Source: Podarcis melisellensis
Taxonomy: Eukaryota
NCBI GenBank assembly: GCA_964234715.1
Contig: OZ174285.1
Strand: one strand, 5' to 3'
Length of the DNA stretch: 64,000 nt
Shown: one piece after another, positions 11,501-32,540 of the stretch
How positions within the stretch are numbered: the first letter of the stretch is position 1
Layout: each line of letters begins with the position of its first letter
Program-made: the position numbers and the translations under genes
The notes under the pieces: model-generated
Told to the model about the DNA's origin: nothing
The model's database searches: none
The model's input: only the letters and a program-made list of their open reading frames with translations

Positions 11501-12441
11501 TGCCGTTCAAAGGGGGTTGTAAGAAACTGAGGCCCAGAAGATTGGGACCCTTTGAGGTGATTCAGCAGGTCAACCCGGTAGCTTTCAAACTCCGATTACC
11601 CAATCACATGAAATTGCACCCAGTGTTCCACAGGTCGTTACTGTCACCATACAGGGGAGGAGGTGAAGGGGAGCACGTCAGGGAACCAGCCTTGGAAGAG
11701 AGGGAACGCCGCAACCATGTAGCGGAAATCCTCGATTCCAGGTGGAAGGGAAATCAGGTGGAGTATTTAGTGGCGTGGGAAGGGGAACCGGAGTCAGAAA
11801 ACACCTGGGTAAGTGCGCAGGAAGTCAATGACGAGGTTTTAACAGAAACGTTCCATCAAAGGTTCCCGAGGAAACCTCAGCCGATAGCAAGGTCTAGGAG
11901 GGAGTATTTCGGCACCACCGATGAGGAAGAGGAAATGGAAGGGTTCGCGGAGTCGGAGTTGGAAGAGGGAGTGGACTCTGATGACGAAGAGTACCTAGAG
12001 AGTAGGAACAGCAACAAGTGGAAGGAAGTGTTCGCGACGTCGGAAGATGAGGGAGGTTCTTTCAAGGGTTTTACCTCCTCACCGCCAGTAGGAGAGGAGA
12101 CGGGAGGGGGTGAAGGGGGCCCTGGAGGGGAGGTGGATGTCAGGGAACTGACATCTAAAGCGCAGGAGGCGCAAAGGCTCACTGAGGGTGAGAGAGCAGT
12201 AGCAGCGGAAGAGGGAACCAGTAGAGGGCGAGCAAGAACTCCAAGGGAAAGTGAGTCGGAGGGATGGCTCAGAGACGCTTCAAGCGAAACCAGTGGGGAG
12301 GTCTCAGGACCTCCTATAGGGACACCCACACCTCGACGGAAACTGTCACGCCGAGAGGCCAGACGACGTGTTTCCGTTAAGGAGCTTTTATGTTGGAAAC
12401 GTTTCCGAAAGCAGCCACTTTCGGATTCTACTAGTGATTGA
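8350..12441 (+). CDS. pol: Pol: protease-RT-RNaseH-integrase-chromodomain plus C-terminal tail, probably expressed by -1 frameshift
   Basis: Protease LLDSGS; RT MPFGL and FLDD; RNase H ETDAS; integrase HHCC (HDSPTAGH...CDQC), DDE (IDF, SDRG, QAERAN) and GPF; chromodomain HVAEILDSRWKGNQVEYLVAWEG. Overlaps gag in the -1 frame. Confidence 0.95.
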   Translation: MLSLPTARALCQSLPTKKGMARDGRSCWGKGRGRQGASKSQRLAATVGAQQPGQRAMKVPMPEPPRPALVIEVLLELPNGHPLKVKALLDSGSSCNFMSKEFAAEHQIQTIPLSNPLQVTTIDGRELLGGEVSQQTVPMIMRVARHTEQIAFNVAILGGAPIILGMSWLALHDPLVGWHQRVVSFGSAHCLEHCKEGKVSGGDRVTLAGMEVMDKGKVPPQYADLSNVFSEREADKLPPHRPFDCQINLLPGAQLPVGKLYAMSDREMQELREFIDKNLKRGFIRESRAVGGSPVFFVDKKNTDKPRLVCDFRALNAVSEPLAFPMPRIDDILTRVRKGKIFTKLDLRGAYNLIRIRKGDEWKTTMFTPLGAFEYLVMPFGLQGGSACFQAFINHVLGPLLYKNCVAFLDDVLVYSENEEQHVRDVREVLGRLQANQLWVKLEKCQFHTKEVEFLGYRLSDKGLAMDPGKVQAVLEWKTPKTKKDVQRFLGFGNFYRKFIKNFAHLTAPITDCLSSKKKFVWTAEADRAFEELKRAFASEEQLLHVDLRKPMRVETDASDRAVGAVLLQPGRSASEWRPCAFFSRKLNKSERNYTVYDRELLAIHEAFRRWRHLLIGAQHKVQVCTDHKNLEYWRTARVLNQRQVRWAQEFSKFNFEICYVPGPENVRADALSRKPEYWEGEGVIEERHVIPEDRWVCGAAMVGQRELVEETENDEYAQDKLRGLRGEGESPGGFEERNGALYYKGALYIPEGELRGRVLKQLHDSPTAGHFGQHKTMWLVTREFWWPKVREDVREYVRGCDQCQRAKGERRAPAGLLEPLPTPERPWEAISIDFMTDLPRSKGKTAIMVVVDLLTKMCHFVACSHAVTAEETAKLFVEHIFRLHGAPSRVISDRGKQFTSRFWRKLMSLLHVEVNFSTARHPETNGQAERANGILQQYLRCYVNDRENDWVEKLALAEFAYNNAENVSTGMSPFLANYGCHPRAFPGEGGERWSVPAAEHFVEEMEAIHQQLQLNLERAKAQYKKQADKNRREGETIRVGDQVWLSTQGLPFKGGCKKLRPRRLGPFEVIQQVNPVAFKLRLPNHMKLHPVFHRSLLSPYRGGGEGEHVREPALEERERRNHVAEILDSRWKGNQVEYLVAWEGEPESENTWVSAQEVNDEVLTETFHQRFPRKPQPIARSRREYFGTTDEEEEMEGFAESELEEGVDSDDEEYLESRNSNKWKEVFATSEDEGGSFKGFTSSPPVGEETGGGEGGPGGEVDVRELTSKAQEAQRLTEGERAVAAEEGTSRGRARTPRESESEGWLRDASSETSGEVSGPPIGTPTPRRKLSRREARRRVSVKELLCWKRFRKQPLSDSTSD

Positions 12442-12545
12442 CGCAGCCATGCTGGAGGGGCTCCGTCACAGGCAGAGGTTTGAAAGCCTGATCAAACTCT
12501 GAGGGACTTGCATTTTACGCACAAGCAGCTCATCGTCCCATCACA
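12138..12545 (+). repeat. 3' LTR (408 bp)
   Basis: Identical to 7048-7455; preceded by the PPT GGAGGGGAGGTGGA. Confidence 0.97.
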
Positions 12546-12577
12546 CTTAGATATGTAGTGGCTGTAAACAATGCCTA

Positions 12578-12725
12578 GAGTCATAGAATCATATAGAATT
12601 GTAGAGCTGGAAGGGACCATGAGGGTCATTCAGTTCAACCCCCTGCAAGAATTTTTCACTGAATGTGGGACTTGATTGAATACATGACTCTGAGATTAAA
12701 AGTATTATGTTCTACCAACTGAATT
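12578..12725 (-). mobile_element. tRNA-headed, CR1-tailed SINE (Squam-like), degenerate
   Basis: Minus strand reads a tRNA-like head (TCAGTTGGTAGAACA...) and a CR1-type tail (ccttccagctctacaattctat...attctatga). Confidence 0.55.
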
Positions 12726-14426
12726 ATCATGAAAACAAATAGTAAACTGTGTTGTTGTTTTTTGAGGGGGGGTTATAATCAAGTAGTGTATAAATGTTAT
12801 GGAATAAAATATTTTTTGATGAAATAAATAGTGCAAAGACGTTTATTTAATCCACATGATGAGTTATGGAACATGTATAGCATGCTGCATAGAGACAGCT
12901 ACTCAATGTAATTCAAGCAGCTGTTTCCTATGCACCACCCCCAAAGTAACATTTCCATGACTAATATAAAAAACACTTCAGGATTAACCACAGTACTCCT
13001 ATGAAATTTAAGGATGACTGGTTTCTAAAACTCAGAGCTGACCCTGTTCATGCTATTAAGATTCGCTGTCAGAGCTTGCAGCATAGTGAAGGCAAATATT
13101 TGTTATTTGAGGAACAAAAGATGTGCATGACAATGACTCATCCTAGAAAAAAAAATTCTTGGGAAATTATACACTCTTAGGGATAGGAAGAACTGGAATG
13201 ACCTAAAACTAATTAAGTCATAATGGAACACCTAATATCCTGTTTCGACCAAACATTTCCAAAACACACTGTCCAAACTTTAATTCTTTTTTGGTGTTTT
13301 TAAGAATGTGCAGGAACTAGAATGCTTCTGCAGAAATTTTTTTAAAGTTGTTTCTGTTCTATCAATCTCCAGCAGTTTTCCTTGAATAAAATGTCAATAT
13401 TCTAGGTTATATACCTTGTAGCTCTTCTACCAGTGTGGATAAACTGAGGAGAGGTCCACCATGTTTGGTTAATAAAAACTTTACAGCCATGTTTTCCCCC
13501 TCTTTCTAGTAGCAAGTGAAGCAGAGATTTCTCACTCCCCCTTCCAAAGCAGCCAAGTACATGCATGGATCACACTTGTAGGGCCATCTGGTTACAGATG
13601 AGTGAGGAGGACATTTAAGTGCCCCTGACGAAGGCATTTATGAAGGCGGCTGGCCTGCTAAACCTTTGCTGCATGGATAAGCCAACACGAAGCCCCCAGT
13701 ATGTTGTTAGACTCCAGCTTCTATCAACCCAAGCTAGCATTGGCAAATGAGAGATGTAATCCAACAGTACCTGCAGGGGAACATGCTTATCCAGTTTTAT
13801 TATTTTGCTCCTCAGATACTCAGTCTCTTATTTTCTGCTTGTTTTCAGCACCATCCACCATTTTCCTGCCCATCCATGCCATACTCACAGGTTAGGAAAT
13901 GTACTGTTTTTTACATAAAAGAAAGGAGAAACCCTTCTGCTTCACAAAACATGCCACAACTACTGCATCCTGGCACAAGATATAGTTTACCTACATTCTG
14001 AAGTAGTCATCTCTGCATCCATCTGCCTACATGTGGCTTTATATTTGTGGTGGAATGTAATCAGACGCTTTGCCTGGAATTGCCCTAGTGACCAAACTAC
14101 TGAATTTGTGGATTGCTGAAACACATAATGATATTCGCCTTCTACTGCAAATGACTTTACAGATGTGCAACATATGCTTATTCAGAATATAAGAAATATG
14201 TCGGTAATGTTGCTGTTGATTCAGTTTATATTTTGCCCTTCCTCCCAAAGTAGCCCAGTGTGCAAAGAGATTGTTTTTACAATTTTTAAAAGGTATCAAT
14301 CACATTCTCTCACCCAATGGTTTCAGGCTTCCTAGGAGCAACATCTTTCAGCCTGCGTAAAAAATAACATATTGAAATTCCTTCTGAAAGCCAATAATGA
14401 GAGAAATAGACACCTCACCTAGGATA

Positions 14427-14779
14427 AAGTAAAGGGACCCCTGACCATTAGGTCCAGTCGTGACCGACTCTGGGGTTGTGGTGCTCATCTCGCTTTATTG
14501 GCCGAGGGAGCTGGCGTACAGCTTCCGGGTCATGTGGCCAGCATGACAAAGCTGCTTCTGGCGAACCAGAGCAGTGCACAGAAACGCCGTTTACCTTCCC
14601 GTCGGAGCGGTACCTATTTATCTACTTGCACTCTGGTGTGCTTTCGAACTGCTAGGTTGGCAGGAGCTGGGACAGAGCAACGGGAGCTCACCCCGTCACG
14701 GGGATTCAAACCGCCAACCTTCTGATTGGCAAGTCCTAGGCTTTGTGGTTTAACCCACAGCACCACCCGCATCCCTCTA
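14427..14779 (+). mobile_element. Sauria SINE, full length
   Basis: Family sequence; TSD ACCTAGGATA at 14417-14426 and 14780-14789. Confidence 0.9.
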
Positions 14780-14908
14780 ACCTAGGATAGCATTCCACAA
14801 ATGGGGAACTGGAACTGGAGCTGCCACATGCGGATTGTGATAAGATTTTAACTGGTGCTTGCAATCTCACAGTGATACAATAGGCAACTATGAACTAATA
14901 CGTTGAAT

Positions 14909-14947
14909 TTCATTCATTCATTCATTCATTCATTCATTCATTCATTC
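14909..14947. repeat. (TTCA)n microsatellite
   Basis: About 9 tandem TTCA units. Confidence 0.9.
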
Positions 14948-16196
14948 CTTTCAGAGAGTTATGCCTTCACATACAAACAGAAAAGGTGTAACTCTGAAAA
15001 GAACATTATGGCCTCCAGACTGTACCGTATATTTATAAATTGCAAATTATGATTTTAAGTATGCCACAATTTCCTTTTGTCTTTAGGAGAATTTTCAGCT
15101 ATCTTGTTCAAGTTGTGTACAGCTAGGGAGAATTTCAAGTTATTAACAGCACAAAGAGGCAACTTTAAAGCAGCACATTTGTATGCAATGTTCTACGGGA
15201 TCTAAGCAGAGTTTACTCCCATTAAATAAAGCTATGTTTTCTTATGTGCTTTACATATGGCAATATGCTTTTTGCATTTGCATTCTGTCATCTGCTGTAA
15301 CCTCTACAGTAGCTAGAGAGGACACATTCAGTGTGCTTCTGTCTTGCATTAGTGACATTCGCACACAAAAAGCAAAAGGGATGATTCAAAGGCCCTTTGG
15401 GAGTTATGCTTAAAGTATATGGCATGGCAAATTCAGGGAACAAAAACATTGCCACTCTGGAATGAAACAATGTTTTCTCCCCACTAATTAGCAGCTGTAG
15501 CTCTTTTGTCAATATTTTACAACCACAGCCCAATGTTTGAAAAGTTGTTGCATAATTAAACAAAATACTGGGAAATGTATTGGGAATGGCTATCATAATC
15601 TAATTAGGAAGAGGATTCCTTTGAACTTAACAGGAATTGCTCCCAAACAAATACATTTAGGGTGGGGCTGTATGACATTAGTAATGAGTGAGAACACAAC
15701 TAACAAATGCTTTCTGTTGCCAAAGCATACAATTCATTAGCAGTATCGCTTTCCTCAGAGAAATTCTGATTTGTTCTTCCACTCTAGGATACGGCGGCAA
15801 TTGAATGCTAGCCTCCCCTTTCCAAATGTCCCTGTAGCATCAACCCACAAACTAAATGAACTATCCAGATTTCAGGAACTAAAATTGTACTCAGAAACAA
15901 TGTTGGATTGAACCCTGTGGAGGCCCCTAGGCAGTCGAAATCTTGGGGGGGGCCCTCACAAATCATCTCCTAATACATCTTTTATTTTACCAACAACAAT
16001 TTTAATAAATCAATTGTGATCTGTTGTTGCAGGGCCCCCAAAAGGTGTGGGACCTCATAACCCAGTACCTACTCTGCTTATTTTGTAAACTGGCACGGTT
16101 CAAAAAGAATGAGGGGGTGTCTTGATCTGCTACACAGTACTTCTTAAGACTTTAAAAGTGCTGCATAACACTTTGTGCATAAAATCTAACACAGTA

Positions 16197-17043
16197 CAGT
16201 GGTGCCCCGCTAGACGAATGCCTCGCAAGACGAAAAACCCGCAAGACGAAAGCCCATAGGGAAATCTCGGGGACCTTTTTTTAAATGCTGGCGGTGGGGA
16301 GCAAAGCCTTTCCCCCCCCTCCGGACTTCAGAAGAGGTCCAGGAAGGCCGGCGGGGGCGAAAGGCTTTGCTCCCCACCGCCAGCATTTTAAAAGCGTCCG
16401 GGATAGCAGGGAAGCGCTTCCCGCTATCCCGGACGGCTTTTGAAGGCAGGCAGGGGGGCAAAGACTTTTGCCCCCCCTGCCTGCCTAACCGGGGGCTTTT
16501 AAATCGCCCCGGGACTGTCCGGGGCGATTTAAAAGCCCCCGGACGGCTTTTGAAGCCTCCCCCCGCCGCCCGGCTTTGGGGCATCGTCCCAATGCCGGGC
16601 GGTGGGGCAGGAACGCCTCCCCCAGCCGCCCGGCATCGGAACGATGTCCCGAAGCCGGGCGGCCGGGCGGGAAAGCCTCCCCCCGCCGCCCGGCTTCGGG
16701 GCATCGTCCCTATGCCGGGCGGTGGGGCAGGAAAGCCTCCCCCAGCCGCCCGGCATCGGAACGATGTCCCGAAGCCGGGCGGCCGGGCGGGAAAGCCTTT
16801 GTCCCCCCTGCCTGCCTTCCCAGGGGCTTTTAAATCGCCCCGGACAGCGGAGAAGTCCTCCGCTGTCCCGGGCGATTTTAAAATGCCGCCCGCCAGAAGA
16901 GGTCGGGGGAAGGCTTTTTCCATAGGAACGCATTAATTGATTTTCAATGCATTCCTATGGAAAACCGTGCATCGCAAGACGAAAAACTCGCAAGACGAAG
17001 AGACTTGCGGAACGAATTAATTTCGTCTTGCGAGGCACCACTG
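16197..17043. mobile_element. Tc1/mariner (pogo/Tigger-like) non-autonomous element with GC-rich internal repeats
   Basis: TA|CAGTGGTGCC...GGCACCACTG|TA termini, repeated subterminal CGCAAGACGAA motifs, and four internal 60-bp units. Confidence 0.85.
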
Positions 17044-17559
17044 TAATTAAAAAAAACAGTTCCTCTTGAGAAATCCCAAGCTTTCAATGGTGGGTATACC
17101 TTTGAACCAAACATATACTGTAAGCCATTGTAAGAGAAAAAGGACAGCGATCTGCACACCATCTAAGGGAGTGGATTTGCCGTTATTGGTAAGCTCCTTT
17201 TAATCGTTTCTGATCTTAAATCGAAGCGGCACATGAACTAACCAATCCATCAGAAACTAAACGCTGCATATAACCCTGCCAAGATTTCACTCTAGACATC
17301 TGACCAACTGGGCTCGAAAGCAGGGAAGCTTCTGTCATTATGCATTTGTCCATATTCAATGTGCCACAAGACTGTTAATGCAGCGTCTGAATGCAGGCCA
17401 ACGGGTCTGCTGCCACCACCATCCGTTTGGCACCGAGTTGGCACCCACGAGCAGCACCGCAAACCCTCTGCGTTGCCTGTTCGATCGACAAGGGAAAGTC
17501 CTTTCTGCAGACCCAGTTCCTCAGCAGCTAAACTCAGAAGCCGAGCACTTGGCACGGGC

Positions 17560-18560
17560 AGATCCGCCCTGGGCACAGGCAGGCTGAGGAGTCTTAGGAA
17601 TCGCAATCCTGGCCAGGGAAGACGAGAGCGAGCGCGGCCGCCAAGCAGGCGCTGGCGCAGTCCCAAAGGACCTTGCCACGCAGCCAGGGTGGGGCTTCCG
17701 ACCGTATCCGCCTGGGAAGAGGAGAAGGGTGGCCTCCAAACGGAGGGGCTTCCTCGTTTCGCTCCTTCTCCTCACAGAAGGGAATGGCTTTTTTCCGCGC
17801 CCCCCCCTCCCCGCCTCAAAAACAAAACCTCCTTACCTGACCCGCACAACAGCGCGCGGACATGGTCGCCCCTCAGACGGCGAGCCCCGGGCTGGCCGCG
17901 CGCAAATGCCCTCTCCGTCCGCACCTGCCCGCTGGCTCAGGCAAGCGGCCTCGCGCCCGGGCAGCAGCCGAGGCGCAGCTGAAGGCTTCCTCAGCCGCCC
18001 AGCCCTGGGTTGCCGAGGCGCGCAGAGAGCGCACACGCGCCCCCTAGAGCAGCTGGCCGGGCCTGAGGCGCGCGGCGCGCTCGCCCCGACGCATGACACA
18101 AACACGGGAGAGACTGGCGAGCTCGGCTTCTGCGCTGCTGGGTGAGTTGCCCGAGCCCAGCTCGGAGCGCGCTGGAAGCTTCCGCTGTCGTCAGTTTTTT
18201 GCTTGGAAGGAGATAAATGGCTTTCCGGTGCGGGAGGTTAGGAACGGCCCGCCCCGCTTAGGAGACGGGAGAAAAGAGGAAGCAGCCTGGAATGAAGCAG
18301 GCGCGCGGCGGAGACCACCTGTCCTCGTTCTCACGCTCCGAAGTGAAACGCAGCGCGAGGGCACCTGGGATTGAGGTTCCCCAAGGAGAGGGCGGAGCTA
18401 CCGGCCTGCGGGCGCCGGTTGGCGAGGCGCCTCCTCCGAGGCTAGTGGCGTCTCGGAAGGAGGGACGCCTCTCGCGGGGAGAGCTGCTGCGGCTTCTGCA
18501 GGTGTTGCGTTACCTGCATCCATCCTTCGGCCGTTGGCATGAAAGTCGCTTCCGATTTGC
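17560..18560. promoter_or_regulatory. CpG island / SERINC5 promoter
   Basis: Dense CpG and GC boxes surrounding the SERINC5 first exon. Confidence 0.8.
17837..17863 (-). CDS. SERINC5: Serine incorporator 5, coding exon 1 (rest of gene left of window)
   Basis: gaccATG TCC GCG CGC TGT TGT GCG GGT CAG|gtaagg = MSARCCAGQ, matching the known SERINC5 N-terminal exon (MSAQCCAGQ/MSARCCAGQ). Good Kozak context, strong donor, inside a CpG island. Exon 2 was not found in 1-17836. Confidence 0.82.
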
Positions 18561-18974
18561 TTCTCACGCGATCTGGTTCACACAATGCTTCTAAGCCATC
18601 AGAGCAGTTCTCTGCTGGACCCGAAGTCTCTTATTCTAGTCTATTGTCCTCTTTCCCACAGGGATCGACCAGATTCCCCTGGGAAGCCCACAAGAAGGGC
18701 ATGAAAGGAATAGTCTCCCACCGCCTTTGGTCAGAGGCAGATTGCTCTGGAGATGAGGTGGAAGAGCTACCGCCCTTACACACAAATTTGTCCCATCCCC
18801 ACAGCTTTTATTCCTATACTGTGAACCAGAGGGACACTGCTGCTGGAAGCAGCAACTTTGGTCACCGCTACAGCAATTAAGATACTGCTCCTGCACTGGG
18901 ATCTCTAGATATAAACTAGTCACGCCCATGCTAAATCTTTGCGGCAGTAAGATAACAGGGTTAAAGATAACAGG

Positions 18975-19131
18975 AAAATTCCTTCCAGTAGCACCTTAAA
19001 GACCAACTAAGTTAGTTCTTAGCATGCACACGAAAGCTCATACCAAGAACTAACTTAGTTGGTCTTTAAGGTGCTACTGGAAGGAATTTTTTTTGTTTTG
19101 ACTATGGCAGACCAACACGGCTACCTATCTG
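18975..19131 (+). mobile_element. Penelope-like terminal-repeat remnant with an inverted 46-bp segment
   Basis: Perfect inverted repeat 18975-19020 / 19045-19090. Contains 'gcatgcacacgaaagctcatacc' and 'gtctttaaggtgctac...acacggctacc'; flanked by duplicated TAAAGATAACAGG. Confidence 0.6.
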
Positions 19132-19828
19132 TAAAGATAACAGGGTTAAAGAGGCCTTGGTCTGCTTGGCTGGGGGGTTCAGTGAAAAAATCATTCTGGC
19201 ATCCCATATTATCACAAAATAAATGTTTTAGGATTTACTGGCACAAGAGCAGCTTTGTTTCAAATTCATCTAGTCCAGCATCCTCTCACAGTGGCCGACC
19301 AAATGTATCAAGAAAGCCAACAAGCAGGAATTCAGGGCTTATTTTCACTCATGGCTTACCAGGGGGCTTGGTAGTAATTTCCCTGTTAGGTAGAACCTAC
19401 TCTCATTTTATAAATGTGGAATTAGGGCCTTGCCCTAAATCTACCATACCAGTCTAGGCTGAAGCAAGATACAGATACAGAAACTTTCTCCACTGTAGAA
19501 TATGATTTTTAGTCACAGCCATCTCTGGTAATACTGTAGCTCATATTGACACCCAATGAAGCCCTTTCTTCTACTAAATCACCATATTTTCAACAACTGC
19601 ACTGGCATATGTAACGGGAATGAGATTCCTACACATTTTGGTTGTTGTTTTTTGTCTAGAGCAGATACTAGGGACACAAAGATTCATCCATACCGAGACT
19701 TCCAATCTCTGCATCTGGGATTCCAGCCTCCAGGGCATTTCTAGCACAAGGTCTCATTCATCAGTACCATATGCCAAGTTCCCATATCCCACCTATTATA
19801 TATTATTAACCAATGAGTCTTTAACTTT

Positions 19829-19834
19829 TTTATT
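19829..19834 (-). terminator. Candidate CDK7 poly(A) signal AATAAA
   Basis: TTTATT on the plus strand, about 180 nt after the CDK7 stop. Confidence 0.6.
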
Positions 19835-20014
19835 TTTAAAAAAGCAAAGCAATAAAAATACATGGTTTTTAGAGTTTAACACTACACACATTTTACATGT
19901 TTACATTTACAAATTACGCTTTAATCCATATTGTGACTTTTGAGTTTTCACATTATTTGATCTTTTCAGACTTCATAGCAGCAGAAATATTCAATATCCC
20001 TGTTTCCACAGTAG

Positions 20015-32540
<12,526 letters not shown>

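Larger units (their letters stand above)
7048..12545 (+). mobile_element. Intact Ty3/Gypsy chromovirus-type LTR retrotransposon (Tf1/sushi group)
   Basis: Two 408-bp LTRs (TGT...ACA), identical by eye. 5-bp TSD CTTAG at 7043-7047 and 12546-12550. Uninterrupted gag and pol; purine-rich PPT just before 12138. Confidence 0.97.

Noticed and set aside
16555-16800. Regularly spaced repeats resembling a CRISPR array
   Set aside because: Eukaryotic context; the intervening sequences repeat rather than being unique spacers; no cas genes.
16210-16936. Several overlapping Pro/Gly/Arg-rich ORFs with repeats
   Set aside because: By-products of the GC-rich 60-bp units inside a MITE.
1-17836. CCDC125 (human neighbour of CDK7) or SERINC5 exon 2
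   Set aside because: No matching exon recognised by eye; a translated search could still find a diverged one.
17292-18594. Multiple 100-200 aa ORFs in the CpG island
   Set aside because: Stop-poor GC-rich DNA; the only supported coding part is the 27-nt SERINC5 exon.
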